From an uncultured Chitinophagales bacterium (lineage in GTDB: Bacteria > Bacteroidota > Bacteroidia > Chitinophagales > UBA8649), in assembly GCA_963932515.1 (NCBI GenBank), contig CAWVRT010000008.1, positions 183 to 64,182 of the forward strand: a stretch of DNA of 64,000 nucleotides. Reading direction: 5' to 3'. The notes under the pieces were generated by a model. That model was not told where the DNA came from, made no database searches, and saw nothing but the letters and a program-made list of their open reading frames with translations. The translations under genes were made by a program, and so were the position numbers. Below are positions 17,054-27,532 of this stretch, piece after piece (positions within the stretch are counted from its first letter, which is position 1; each line of letters begins with the position of its first letter).

Positions 17054-18580
17054 ATGAAAATTGTTTTTAAATTTACTGTACTTTTATTTGTATTTTCTTT
17101 TCTAAGTGCTTGCAGTACTGATGACCATGAAATAAAATTTACTTTCTTACAACTAAATGATGTCTATGAAATAAAATCTTTTAGTGGTGGTAAATATGGC
17201 GGAATGGATAGAGTTGAAACTTTACATCAACAACTATTACAGGAAAACCCAAATACATTGATGTTTATGGCAGGGGACTTCCTTAGTCCTTCTTTGTTGA
17301 GTACCATTAAGGTAGCTGGCGAAAGAATTAGTGGGCAGCATATTATTGAAGTAATGAATGCTATGAAATTTGATTTAGTAGGATTTGGAAATCATGAATT
17401 TGATTTAAAAGAACCTTTACTACAAAAAAGATTAAATGAATCTAGTTTTAATTGGAATAGTACAAATGCTTTGCACAGAGTTGGCGAAAACAGAGAGAAA
17501 GTAGAAGCTTTTTACAGCCAAAAAGATACGGTGATCAATAAAATTCCTAGAACATTTACTTTTAATTTAAAAGATAAGGATGGAACGAGTATTAAAATAG
17601 GATTTATAAGCCCTTGTATTGACTCTAATCCGAAAGAATATGTAGATTATGGTGATTTGTATGAAGATTCAAAAAATGCTTTTACAGTTCTAAAACCATC
17701 GGTTGATATTGTTTTTGGTTTAACGCATTTAGATTTATCACAAGATAAAATGATTGCAGAAATGTTGCCAGAAATTCCTTTGTTAATGGGTGGTCATGAA
17801 CATACTAATATGTATGTGAAAGTTGGAAATTCTTATATTGCCAAAGCAGATGCGAATGCAAAAACTGTTTATGTACACAGAATTACTTATAATACAAAAA
17901 CCAAAAAAACTAAAATAGTTTCGGAATTAGTAGAGATAAATGAAAGTATTGCTAGAAATGAAAAAATCAGTAAAATCATAGAAAAGTGGAATGTATTTTT
18001 AGATGATAAATTGAAAGAAATCTTACCCAAGCCAAATGAAGTTATTTATCATGCAGAAATCCCTTTAGATGGGAGAGATGCGCCTAGTAGATCAGTACAG
18101 ACCAATTTAGGTCAAATCATTACACGAGCAATGTATTATGCCTTTAATGATGAAATAGATTGTGCTATTGTAAACGGTGGTTCTATAAGAATAGATGATG
18201 AATTAACAGGAGATATTACCGGAATAGATATTTTTAGAGTATTACCTTTCGGTGGTGGCGTATTAAAAGTTGAAATGAAGGGTGCTTTATTGGAGAAATC
18301 TTTAAATCATGGAAGATTAAAAGCTGGTAAAGGAGCTTATTTACAGAGATATAAGGCTTACTATAACAAAGAAACTAAAGAATGGTTTGTAGACGGTAAT
18401 AAAATAAAGCCTACCAAGATTTATACGGTTGCCCTAAGTGATTTCTTAATGAAAGGTTATGATATTCCATTTTTGAATAGGAAAAATAAAGATGTAAAAA
18501 AAATATTTAAAAACGATCCAGAAGATTTAGCGACAGATATTAGAAAAGTAGTTATTGAATTCATCAAAAAAATCAAGTAA
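17054..18580 (+). CDS. Bifunctional metallophosphatase / 5'-nucleotidase lipoprotein
   Basis: Lipobox (FLSAC), metallophosphoesterase motifs (GNHEFD, GGHEH), and a C-terminal 5'-nucleotidase-like domain. Confidence 0.8.
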   Translation: MKIVFKFTVLLFVFSFLSACSTDDHEIKFTFLQLNDVYEIKSFSGGKYGGMDRVETLHQQLLQENPNTLMFMAGDFLSPSLLSTIKVAGERISGQHIIEVMNAMKFDLVGFGNHEFDLKEPLLQKRLNESSFNWNSTNALHRVGENREKVEAFYSQKDTVINKIPRTFTFNLKDKDGTSIKIGFISPCIDSNPKEYVDYGDLYEDSKNAFTVLKPSVDIVFGLTHLDLSQDKMIAEMLPEIPLLMGGHEHTNMYVKVGNSYIAKADANAKTVYVHRITYNTKTKKTKIVSELVEINESIARNEKISKIIEKWNVFLDDKLKEILPKPNEVIYHAEIPLDGRDAPSRSVQTNLGQIITRAMYYAFNDEIDCAIVNGGSIRIDDELTGDITGIDIFRVLPFGGGVLKVEMKGALLEKSLNHGRLKAGKGAYLQRYKAYYNKETKEWFVDGNKIKPTKIYTVALSDFLMKGYDIPFLNRKNKDVKKIFKNDPEDLATDIRKVVIEFIKKIK

Positions 18581-18645
18581 AATAGACATTGAATACTATT
18601 ACTGCTTAGTTCTTGTGCGTTTTTCTTGAAGTAAACTTGTAAAAA

Positions 18646-20421
18646 TTACATTCTTTCTGGAACATCAATTCCTAAAATCAATAAATTAGCTTTTAAAGTT
18701 TTAGCGACAAATGCAGAAAGACTTAATCTGAAGTTTTTTAACTCAGGAGTAGCTGCTTTAATCACACTTACATTGGCATAAAATTTATTGTAAGCTTTAG
18801 CTAAACTATAGATGTAAGAAGCCAATTCGCCTACATCATAATTTGCTGCTGCAGAAGCGATTACAGAAGGTAGTTTATGTAGTTTTGTAATCAAATCTTT
18901 CTCGACTTTTTTTAATGCAAAATCGGTCGGTATTTTTGAAGTATCAAAATTATTCTTACTAACCATCGAGTTTATACGCGTATAAGTATATTGTATAAAA
19001 GGACCTGTATTTCCCTGAAAATCTATAGATTCTTTAGGATTAAACATGACACCTTTTTTAGGATTTACTTTTAATATGAAAAACTTCAAAGCAGCTAAAG
19101 CAATTTTGTTATTCAAGTCTTTTACTTCTTCGGAAGGTAAATCATCTACTTTTCCTAATTCTTGCGTGTGTTCAGTCGCAGTATCTAACATGGACTGAAT
19201 CAAATCATCAGCATCTACAACTGTTCCTTCTCTAGACTTCATTTTCCCTTCAGGTAAGCTTACCATTCCATAAGAGAAATGCATGATGCTATCTGAATAA
19301 TCATTACCTAGTTTTTTAATAACCTTCTTTAATACTTGAAAATGATAATCTTGCTCTTGACCTACAACATAAATCATTTGATCAAAACCATAATCTTCAT
19401 AACGTGCTTGTGCTATACCTAAATCTTGCGTAGTATAAATAGAAGTTCCATTAGAACGAATCAATATCTTTTCATCAAGCCCTTCATCAGTCAAGTCAAC
19501 AAAAATGGCGCCATCGTCTTTCTTTTCAAAGATTCCTTTTTCAAAGCCTTCTACTACAAATTCTTTTCCTTTTTCATAATATTCAGACTCTTTATAGTGT
19601 TTTTCAAAGTTAACACCTAAAGTATCAAAAGTTTTTTCAAACCCATCATAAACCCAGTCATTCATCATATTCCATAAAGCTAATACTTCAGGATTATTTG
19701 CCTCCCATTGAATCAGCATTTCATTAGCTTCTTTAAATAACGGAGCTTCCTTTTCAGCTTCCTTTTTATCCATGCCGGTAGCAACTAAGGTTGCGATTTC
19801 TTGCTTGTAAATTTCATCGAATTTCACATAATAAATACCCACAAAATGGTCGCCTTTTATTCCTGAAGAAGTCGGTGTTTCACCATTTCCGTATTTCTGC
19901 CAAGCAATCATACTTTTACAAATAGCAATTCCTCTATCGTTATAGATATTTACTTTATGAACTTTGTTTCCTGCAGCAGACAATAAATTGGCGGTAGAGA
20001 AACCTAAAAGCATATTACGAATGTGTCCTAAATGCAAAGGTTTATTTGTGTTTGGGCCACAATATTCCAATACTATTTTCTTTCCTGTACTTTCTAAAGT
20101 TCCGTAAGAATCATTTTTTTCAGCAGCTTTGAAAAAATCTAACCAATAACTATCAGCTATAGATAAATTTAAAAAACCTTTTACGGTATTGAAAGCTGTT
20201 ATTTCTTTAATATTTTCAACCAAATACGTACCAATAATCTTTCCAGTTTCTTCTGGAGATTTTTTAGTGAACCTTGTAAAAGGAAATGTAACTAACGTTG
20301 CTTCACCATCAAACTCTTTTCTAGTTTCATTTATGGCTACAGCGTTTAGGTCAACATCTACATCAAAAAGCACTTTTATTGCTTTTTGTGTATTTTCCTT
20401 TATGATTGTATTAATGTTCAT
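18646..20421 (-). CDS. argS: Arginine--tRNA ligase
   Basis: 591 aa with the class I HIGH-type motif (PLHLGHIRN), a KMSK-like MKSREG, and a C-terminal anticodon-binding domain ending in ...PERM. Confidence 0.95.
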   Translation of the reverse strand: MNINTIIKENTQKAIKVLFDVDVDLNAVAINETRKEFDGEATLVTFPFTRFTKKSPEETGKIIGTYLVENIKEITAFNTVKGFLNLSIADSYWLDFFKAAEKNDSYGTLESTGKKIVLEYCGPNTNKPLHLGHIRNMLLGFSTANLLSAAGNKVHKVNIYNDRGIAICKSMIAWQKYGNGETPTSSGIKGDHFVGIYYVKFDEIYKQEIATLVATGMDKKEAEKEAPLFKEANEMLIQWEANNPEVLALWNMMNDWVYDGFEKTFDTLGVNFEKHYKESEYYEKGKEFVVEGFEKGIFEKKDDGAIFVDLTDEGLDEKILIRSNGTSIYTTQDLGIAQARYEDYGFDQMIYVVGQEQDYHFQVLKKVIKKLGNDYSDSIMHFSYGMVSLPEGKMKSREGTVVDADDLIQSMLDTATEHTQELGKVDDLPSEEVKDLNNKIALAALKFFILKVNPKKGVMFNPKESIDFQGNTGPFIQYTYTRINSMVSKNNFDTSKIPTDFALKKVEKDLITKLHKLPSVIASAAANYDVGELASYIYSLAKAYNKFYANVSVIKAATPELKNFRLSLSAFVAKTLKANLLILGIDVPERM

Positions 20422-20431
20422 TATGTTTTAT

Positions 20432-20491
20432 ATTAAGTTATAAAATTAAGTTATAAAATTAAGTTGTAAAATTAAGTTGTAAAATTAAGTT
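20432..20491. repeat. 13-bp tandem repeat, 4.6 copies
   Basis: attaagttataaa x2, attaagttgtaaa x2, then attaagtt. It begins 11 nt upstream of the argS start codon (20421). Confidence 0.95.
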
Positions 20492-20526
20492 TTTTAAAGT
20501 AGTATTAAAAAGTAAAGCCTATAAAA

Positions 20527-20562
20527 TAAAAAAACCTTTACAATTTAATGCAAAGGTTTTTT
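20527..20562 (-). terminator. Intrinsic terminator downstream of yajC
   Basis: Stem aaaaccttt (20531-20539) / aaaggtttt (20552-20560) flanked by an A-run and a T-run. On the minus strand the hairpin is followed by a T-run. Confidence 0.7.
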
Positions 20563-20592
20563 AGTGTTAAAGCAAATTTTACTATACTTTTT

Positions 20593-20898
20593 CTATTTTT
20601 CTGCTGTTAAGGTTTTAGTTAATTCCATAGAAATAGAACTTTTTTCAACTTTCATTTTAGTGTTACCACCAAAATCTAAAGTAAAATTTGTTCCATTGTC
20701 TTGTAAAATTCTACCATGAAAACCACCTGAAGTAATAACTTTATCGCCTTTCTTTAAATCTTCCAATAATTGTTTAGCTTCTTTTCGCTGTTTATTTTGA
20801 GGTCTTATAAAGAAAAGGTAAAATACGATAGCAATACCTATCATTGGTAAGAAAGACGTTAATCCTCCTCCTAAAGCTTGTAATAAAATTAAATCCAT
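20593..20898 (-). CDS. yajC: Preprotein translocase subunit YajC
   Basis: 101 aa with a single N-terminal TM and the motif FFIRPQNKQRKE...LKKGDKVITSGGFHG. Confidence 0.9.
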   Translation of the reverse strand: MDLILLQALGGGLTSFLPMIGIAIVFYLFFIRPQNKQRKEAKQLLEDLKKGDKVITSGGFHGRILQDNGTNFTLDFGGNTKMKVEKSSISMELTKTLTAEK

Positions 20899-21398
20899 TA
20901 TTGAGCTATTTTGTTTACGACAGATTTAACGTTCATTACTGTGTTTGCTGGTGTAGTATTAGCGATTAAAGTAACCGTTTTATTTTGAGCACCAGTTTTA
21001 CCTTTAGGGTTAAAAGAAACTTCAATATCACCAGTTCCACCTGGAGCAATTGGTGTTTTAGGGTAGGTAGGCACTGTACATCCACAAGATCCTTTTGCTT
21101 GTGTAAGAATCAATGGTTTGTCACCAGTGTTAGTTATAGTAAATGTAGTAGAAACTGGTTTGTCGTCACCGATTTCACCAAAATCATGAATCATTCTATC
21201 TACGCTCATAGTAGTAGATTCTGTTACTACTGCAGTCGTGTTTTGAACTACTTCTTTTTGAATGGTTTCTACTTTTTTAATTTCGTTTGTAGTCGTTTCT
21301 ACTGTATCATTTACTGTAGCGGCGTCTTCATTACATGCTGTTAAACTTAAAACAGCTGCAGTTAAAATAGGTAAGATATACTTTTTCATTTTTTTCAT
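20898..21398 (-). CDS. DUF1573-domain lipoprotein
   Basis: Lipobox (LSLTAC), HDFGEI and GSCGCTVP motifs typical of DUF1573. Its stop overlaps the yajC start. Confidence 0.8.
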   Translation of the reverse strand: MKKMKKYILPILTAAVLSLTACNEDAATVNDTVETTTNEIKKVETIQKEVVQNTTAVVTESTTMSVDRMIHDFGEIGDDKPVSTTFTITNTGDKPLILTQAKGSCGCTVPTYPKTPIAPGGTGDIEVSFNPKGKTGAQNKTVTLIANTTPANTVMNVKSVVNKIAQ

Positions 21399-21462
21399 TT
21401 TTTATTTGTTAATAATATTTTTTTTATTTTTAAGTGCCAAAGGTAAACATAATTGCCAATAG

Positions 21463-22413
21463 CTAATTTATTAATCCTCTTCCTTGTTTTTTTACTTCTC
21501 CCTTTTCTTGTAAATCTTTCATGATCTTATCTAGAATACCATTCATAAAGTCTTTACTCTTATCAGAACTATATTCTTTTGCTAAGTCAATATATTCATT
21601 AATGGTGACTTTAACGGGAATATTTGGGAAGTATTTTAATTCACATATTGCCATTTTTACCATTACAATGTCAATAACTGCTATTCTTTCAATGTCCCAA
21701 TTTTTTAATTTTGGTTTAATGATTCCTACCAGTTCATCTTCATGGTCATAGAATCTTGTTAATAAATTTTTAGCAAAATCAATCACTTCATCTTTGTTTT
21801 CTTGCAAAAGAAAGTTATGCAAAAATAATGAATCCTTTTTATTATCAAAATATTTTAACTTTTTTTGTAAACTAATTAGTGCGTAATACTGATCATCCTC
21901 AATATTTGTGAAGTGTTCTGCGACATCATCATCCAATTCTTTACTTGAACCAATTACCTTTTTAATGATATATCTCAAGATTTCTTTATCATCCTCTTCT
22001 GTAGTAATTTTCTTTTCTACATAGTTTAAATACTTCTCTTTGGTAATCAAAGAAATAAATAAATCTTTAACTATTTTTTTATTTATAAGAGAGTGAAGTT
22101 TATTAAAGTTAATATAATCTTGATATTCTTTACTTTCAGAAACTTGTTGAATAACACGATTTGAAGCTATTTTAGTACTTATAAATGCATTTTTACTATC
22201 AAACAACATCTTACTTGCTTGTTTAGAAGAGTAAATAACTGAGTAATTAGCAATCTCTACTAAATAAATTAAATAAGTATAATAAAGCTTCTTAGTATCT
22301 TTAATACTTTCCATTAGTGCTTTTTCTAAAACTACTGGTAAAATATCTTTGCCAATAGCATCTGAAAAAAGCACTTGCATTGTTTTTATTCGAATGATTC
22401 TTCTTGAAAGCAT
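21463..22413 (-). CDS. nusB: Transcription antitermination factor NusB (long Bacteroidota form)
   Basis: 316 aa; the C-terminal NusB domain shows ERIAVIDIVMVKMAICEL and YIDLAKEYSSDKSKDFMNGILDKI. Confidence 0.85.
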   Translation of the reverse strand: MLSRRIIRIKTMQVLFSDAIGKDILPVVLEKALMESIKDTKKLYYTYLIYLVEIANYSVIYSSKQASKMLFDSKNAFISTKIASNRVIQQVSESKEYQDYINFNKLHSLINKKIVKDLFISLITKEKYLNYVEKKITTEEDDKEILRYIIKKVIGSSKELDDDVAEHFTNIEDDQYYALISLQKKLKYFDNKKDSLFLHNFLLQENKDEVIDFAKNLLTRFYDHEDELVGIIKPKLKNWDIERIAVIDIVMVKMAICELKYFPNIPVKVTINEYIDLAKEYSSDKSKDFMNGILDKIMKDLQEKGEVKKQGRGLIN

Positions 22414-22452
22414 TTATCTATTTTATTTTGTAAATTATTACTAAAAAATTGA

Positions 22453-23535
22453 CTATCTAGTTTGTCTAATTTTTCCAATACTATTAATTCTCTCCATTGC
22501 TATTTCTAAAGCAACTTCTTGTGTGCCTTTTTCAGAATTTTCTGATGTATTAAAAATATCTATTGTTTGTTTATAAATATTCTCTGTAATACTATAAGTC
22601 CTTTCTTTATTGTAACCATCTATTTCTGTATAGCAATTTACAACACCACCAGCATTAATTAAAAAATCAGGCGCATATAAAATTCCTTTTTCTTTTAACC
22701 TTCTACCATGAATGAATTCATCTTGTAGTTGATTGTTTGCCGCACCAGCAATAATACTACATTTTAATTTTTCAATTGTGGTATCATTTACTGTTGCTCC
22801 TAAAGCACATGGTGCATATATATCCATGTCGGTAACATATACATCATTTACGCCAATTACAGTCGCTTTAAATTTTGAAGTTACATTTTTTAAATTAGCT
22901 TCATTGATATCTGCAATTAAAATTTCTGCATTTTCTTTTGCTAATAATTCTATTAAATACTGACCAACATGTCCAACACCTTGAACCATTATTTTCTTTC
23001 CTTCTAAACTATCACTACCAGTTAATTTTTTCTGGCTAGCTTTAATGCCTAAGTATACACCATAAGCTGTAACAGGAGATGGGTCACCACTTCCTCCTAA
23101 GTAAAAAGGCTTTCCCATAACATGAGAAGTCTCCATAGAAATATATTCCATAAATTGAGTGCTTGTTCCTACATCTTCTGCTGTAATATACTTTCCACCT
23201 AAGTTTTCTACGAATTTACCATATCTTCTCCAAAATGGCTCGTCTTTTTTAGCTTTAGGATTATCAATAATTACTGCTTTTCCTCCACCTAAATTTATCC
23301 CTATAATTGAAGATTTAAAAGTCATTCCTCTTGAAAGTCTCAATACATCATTGATGGCTGATTGTTCGTTTTCATATCTCCATACTCTTGTCCCTCCCAA
23401 AGCAGGGCCTAATGTAGTATTGTGTATTCCAATGATTCCTTTTAAGCCAGTTTCATTGTCGTTAAAGAACATAACTTGTTCATGTCCCATTTCTTCTATC
23501 TGATCAAAAATATTGGTTTGGTTTGAATTACTCAT
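22453..23535 (-). CDS. Leu/Phe/Val dehydrogenase family enzyme (leucine-dehydrogenase-like)
   Basis: 360 aa with LGPALGGTRVWRY, GKAVI, and the Rossmann motif VQGVGHVGQ. Confidence 0.85.
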   Translation of the reverse strand: MSNSNQTNIFDQIEEMGHEQVMFFNDNETGLKGIIGIHNTTLGPALGGTRVWRYENEQSAINDVLRLSRGMTFKSSIIGINLGGGKAVIIDNPKAKKDEPFWRRYGKFVENLGGKYITAEDVGTSTQFMEYISMETSHVMGKPFYLGGSGDPSPVTAYGVYLGIKASQKKLTGSDSLEGKKIMVQGVGHVGQYLIELLAKENAEILIADINEANLKNVTSKFKATVIGVNDVYVTDMDIYAPCALGATVNDTTIEKLKCSIIAGAANNQLQDEFIHGRRLKEKGILYAPDFLINAGGVVNCYTEIDGYNKERTYSITENIYKQTIDIFNTSENSEKGTQEVALEIAMERINSIGKIRQTR

Positions 23536-23682
23536 TTTAAAAAGTTTTCTTGATTAATAAATTTTGCGCAAAGTTAAAGGTATTTTAGATTATATCTTTA
23601 GCTTTTTAGAATATTTTGGAATGTAAAAATAAATTTTATTCTACTATAGATTAAGAACATATTATAATGGAGTATACTTCTA

Positions 23683-24654
23683 TTAATCTAGTGAAGAACC
23701 TCCATTCTCTGACATTCTCAGCATTTCTTTAAATTCTGTGTCGTTCAAATCTTGGAAATAGAAGAATGATGGATTAATTTTTAGTCCATTTTTAATAACC
23801 TCATAATGCAAATGTGGTCCAAAAGACTTGCCCGTGTTCCCTACATAGCCAATTACTTGGCCTCTTGTTATTTCATTTCCAGCTTTAACGGAAATAGTAT
23901 TCATATGTGCATATAAAGTTTTATATCCATATCCATGGTTTATTATAACTCTATTTCCATAACCGCCATTTGAATAACTAGAATTTTCAACAACTCCTTT
24001 ACCTGTGGCATATATTTCTGTGCCTGTAGGTGCAGAAAAATCCATCCCATGATGCATCTTTCTTACATGATATAGCGGATCTATTCTATACCCATATCCA
24101 GAAGCCATTCTTTTTAAATCTTTATTGGCTACAGGTTGAATGGCAGGAATAGAAGCTAGCATATCATCTTTATCTTTTATTAAATCCGCAATTTCATCAA
24201 ATGATTTTGATTGCCAAACTAGTTTCCTTTTTAATCCTTCAATTTTATTATCAACTTCTGACATTAATTTACCCGTCTTAAAGTTTGTCGGAAACTTATC
24301 TTTTAAGCTATAACTAGGTTCAGATTCCCACAAATAATTTGAAATAGGATCTGCTTCAAAAATAACTCTATACGTATTAATATCTCTTAGTCTTAAAAAC
24401 TCTAGTTCTTTTGCTAGTCTATCAACTTCTTTATTATAATAGTCTATTTGAGTTCTGTTAGTTGAAATTTCCGATTTAAGAATTTTTTCTTTAGGTGTAT
24501 CAAAGAAATAGATAAACGAGCCTAAAAAAATAATACCTGTTATAATTGTAGATGCTAAAAATCCTAAACTTTTAAGAATTTTTTGCTTCCAATTTGAGTC
24601 AATTTTCTCATATTGGAGTGTTTTTAGATTATAATGGTACTTTTCTTTTTTCAC
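23683..24654 (-). CDS. M23-family metallopeptidase (membrane-anchored)
   Basis: N-terminal TM, a coiled segment, and the motifs HHGMDF and GPHLHYEV. Confidence 0.85.
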   Translation of the reverse strand: MKKEKYHYNLKTLQYEKIDSNWKQKILKSLGFLASTIITGIIFLGSFIYFFDTPKEKILKSEISTNRTQIDYYNKEVDRLAKELEFLRLRDINTYRVIFEADPISNYLWESEPSYSLKDKFPTNFKTGKLMSEVDNKIEGLKRKLVWQSKSFDEIADLIKDKDDMLASIPAIQPVANKDLKRMASGYGYRIDPLYHVRKMHHGMDFSAPTGTEIYATGKGVVENSSYSNGGYGNRVIINHGYGYKTLYAHMNTISVKAGNEITRGQVIGYVGNTGKSFGPHLHYEVIKNGLKINPSFFYFQDLNDTEFKEMLRMSENGGSSLD

Positions 24655-24784
24655 TATTGTAAAAAATTATACTTTTGGACTTTCAATAAAAGTTATTGAA
24701 TTGATTATTGTTGTGGGTTTAGTTTTAATAAAACTGCTCAAAGGTAGTTAAATTGAATTAATAAAAAATAAAGTAATTGATAAA

Positions 24785-27412
24785 ATGAGTGTGAATAAGT
24801 CTGCTAAAGCTATTAGAAAACAATTTTTAACATTCTTTGAAGAAAAGAATCATAAAATAGTTCCTTCAGCACCTATTGTAGTTAAAGATGACCCTACTTT
24901 AATGTTTATTAATGCGGGTATGAACCAATTTAAAGATTATTTCTTAGGAAATAAGGTAGCGATAGATAAGAAAGTAGCTGACACCCAAAAATGTTTAAGA
25001 GTTTCAGGAAAACATAATGACTTAGAGGAGGTCGGAGTAGATACATATCATCATACTTTATTCGAAATGTTAGGAAACTGGTCTTTTGGAGATTATTTTA
25101 AAGAAGAAGCTATTGATTGGGCGTGGGAATTATTAACAGAAGTTTATGGTCTTGAAAAAGATAGGATGTACATTACTATTTTCGAAGGAAGTAAAGAAGA
25201 TGGTGTTGCGTTGGATGAAGAGACAAGAAAAATTTGGTCTAAACATATCCCTAATGATAGAATTTTACCTTTTGACAAAAAAGATAACTTCTGGGAAATG
25301 GGAGAAACAGGACCTTGTGGACCATGTTCTGAAATACATATCGATTTACGTTCTGATGAAGAAAGAGCAAAACAAAGTGGTGCTTCTTTAGTAAATTTAG
25401 ATCATCCACAGGTTATTGAAATCTGGAATTTAGTATTTATACAATACAATAGAAAAGCAAATGGGTCTTTAGAAGAATTACCAGATAAGCATATTGATAC
25501 TGGAATGGGTTTTGAAAGATTGGTGAGAGCTGTTCAACAAAAAACATCTAATTACGATACAGATGTATTCATGCCATATATTAATGCTTTAGAAGATTTT
25601 TCTAAAGTAACTTATGGCCAGGATGAAAATGCAGATATTGCTTTTAGAGTGATATCAGATCATATTAGAGCCGTAAGTTTTGCAATCGCTGATGGTCAAT
25701 TACCTTCAAATAATGGTGCTGGTTATGTTATTAGAAGAATCTTAAGACGAGCTGTTCGTTATGGCTATACTTTTTTGGGCTTTGAAAAAGCTTTCTTTTA
25801 TAAATTGGTGAAAGTTTTAGTGGCTGAAATGGGAGAGGTCTTCCCTGAAGTCGTGACACAAGAAGCTTTTTTGTTAAACGTAATTCAAGAAGAAGAAAAC
25901 TCTTTCTTTAAAACACTTTCGATTGGTATTTCTAAGTTAGAAAAAATGCAAGGAAGTAATTTAAAAGCGATAGATGGAAAAACAGCTTTTGAATTGTTTG
26001 ATACTTTTGGATTTCCTTTAGATTTAACACAATTAATTGCTTCGGAAATCGATATGGTGGTTGATGTAGATGGTTTTAATGCTGCTATGAAAGTGCAAAA
26101 AGACCGATCTAAAAAAGCCGTTAAAGGAAGTCAAGGAGATTGGATAGAATTATTTCATGATGAAGTAGAAGAATTTGTAGGCTATGATAAGCTTTCTGCA
26201 GAAATTAAAATAACACGTTATAGAGAAGTTGATAAAAAGGGGTTAAAATTATATCATTTAGTGTTTAATTACACACCTTTTTATGCCGAAAGTGGTGGTC
26301 AAGTTGGAGATACTGGATATGTTATTGATCTAGAAGGAAATAAGACTTTTATCATAGACACACAGAAGGAAAACGATTTAACGATACACATAGTAAAGCA
26401 ATGTCCTGAAAATGAAAAGTCATATTTTACGGCAGTTGTAAACGGTTCTAAAAGAAAAGACACAGAAAAAAATCATTCAGCAACACATTTATTACAAAAC
26501 GTTTTAAGAGAAGTAATTGGTGAGCATGTTGAGCAAAGAGGTTCATTTGTAAACGATAATTACTTAAGATTTGATTTCTCCCATTTCAATAAACTTTCTA
26601 CAGAAGAATTGGTAACTATTGAAACTAAAGTAAATGAATTAATTAGAGGAAATATTTCTTTAGACGAGAAAAGAGCTATTCCAATTTCTGAAGCAAAAGA
26701 ATTAGGTGCAATGGCATTATTCGGTGAAAAATATGACGACTCAGTTCGTGTTATTAAATTTGGAAATTCTGTAGAATTTTGTGGTGGTACACATGTTGGT
26801 GCTACAGGTGAAATTGGTTTATTTAAAATAATAGCAGAAAGTTCTATAGCATCAGGTGTTAGAAGAATTGAAGCTTTAACAGGAAAAAAAGCTTTTGAAT
26901 ATTTTGTAAATAAAGAATCTGAATTGAATGAAATTCAAGAACTTTTAAAAGCACCTAAAAAAACTATTGGTGCAATTGAAAAATTGATAGCAGAAAATAT
27001 CGTTTTAAACAAGAAATTACAAGCATTTTCTTTATTGAAAGAAAATGCTTGTAAAGAAATTTTAAAACTAAAAATTGAAGAAAACGAAAATGGTTTTAAT
27101 GTTATTATAAGAAAAGTAGTTTTAGACAGCGCAGACAGTTTAAAGAATATTACTTTTCAAATGCAAAAAGAATATCAAGATATTTTTTTAGTGTTAGGTG
27201 CTGAAATCAATGGTAAACCGATGCTTAGTGTAGCATTAGGCGAAAAACCAATGAAAGAACAAGATTTTAATGCTGGAAAAATAATTAGAGAAATCGTTAA
27301 AGAAATAAATGGTGGAGGCGGAGGACAAGCCTTTTACGCTTCAGCTGGAGGAAAAAAAGTAGAAGGAATTGACAATGCTTTAGCTTTAGCTAGAGAAATG
27401 CTTTCTAAATAA
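24785..27412 (+). CDS. alaS: Alanine--tRNA ligase
   Basis: 875 aa with a class II catalytic core, the editing-domain HSATHLL motif, and a C-terminal GGGGQ (DHHA1-like). Confidence 0.95.
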   Translation: MSVNKSAKAIRKQFLTFFEEKNHKIVPSAPIVVKDDPTLMFINAGMNQFKDYFLGNKVAIDKKVADTQKCLRVSGKHNDLEEVGVDTYHHTLFEMLGNWSFGDYFKEEAIDWAWELLTEVYGLEKDRMYITIFEGSKEDGVALDEETRKIWSKHIPNDRILPFDKKDNFWEMGETGPCGPCSEIHIDLRSDEERAKQSGASLVNLDHPQVIEIWNLVFIQYNRKANGSLEELPDKHIDTGMGFERLVRAVQQKTSNYDTDVFMPYINALEDFSKVTYGQDENADIAFRVISDHIRAVSFAIADGQLPSNNGAGYVIRRILRRAVRYGYTFLGFEKAFFYKLVKVLVAEMGEVFPEVVTQEAFLLNVIQEEENSFFKTLSIGISKLEKMQGSNLKAIDGKTAFELFDTFGFPLDLTQLIASEIDMVVDVDGFNAAMKVQKDRSKKAVKGSQGDWIELFHDEVEEFVGYDKLSAEIKITRYREVDKKGLKLYHLVFNYTPFYAESGGQVGDTGYVIDLEGNKTFIIDTQKENDLTIHIVKQCPENEKSYFTAVVNGSKRKDTEKNHSATHLLQNVLREVIGEHVEQRGSFVNDNYLRFDFSHFNKLSTEELVTIETKVNELIRGNISLDEKRAIPISEAKELGAMALFGEKYDDSVRVIKFGNSVEFCGGTHVGATGEIGLFKIIAESSIASGVRRIEALTGKKAFEYFVNKESELNEIQELLKAPKKTIGAIEKLIAENIVLNKKLQAFSLLKENACKEILKLKIEENENGFNVIIRKVVLDSADSLKNITFQMQKEYQDIFLVLGAEINGKPMLSVALGEKPMKEQDFNAGKIIREIVKEINGGGGGQAFYASAGGKKVEGIDNALALAREMLSK

Positions 27413-27532
27413 CGTTAAAGCTTGTTATAAAAAGCAAACGAGACGTAAATTAGTTCTCTTATTTATTTAATTAGTCAGGGATACAATTATCTTTGTTTTT
27501 CATAAAACTTAAACAATACAAATTATTAACCT

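Noticed and set aside
20432-20491. Possible CRISPR array or minisatellite-encoded feature upstream of argS.
   Set aside because: The period is only 13 bp with no unique spacers, and there are no cas genes in the window. It is reported as a simple tandem repeat instead.
24655-24784. T-box or other leader elements upstream of the aminoacyl-tRNA ligase genes alaS, argS (20422-20592) and glyQS (44352-44872).
   Set aside because: No conserved T-box-like core or specifier-loop architecture is visible, and such leaders are not a known feature of Bacteroidota. Only AT-rich sequence and generic hairpins are present.
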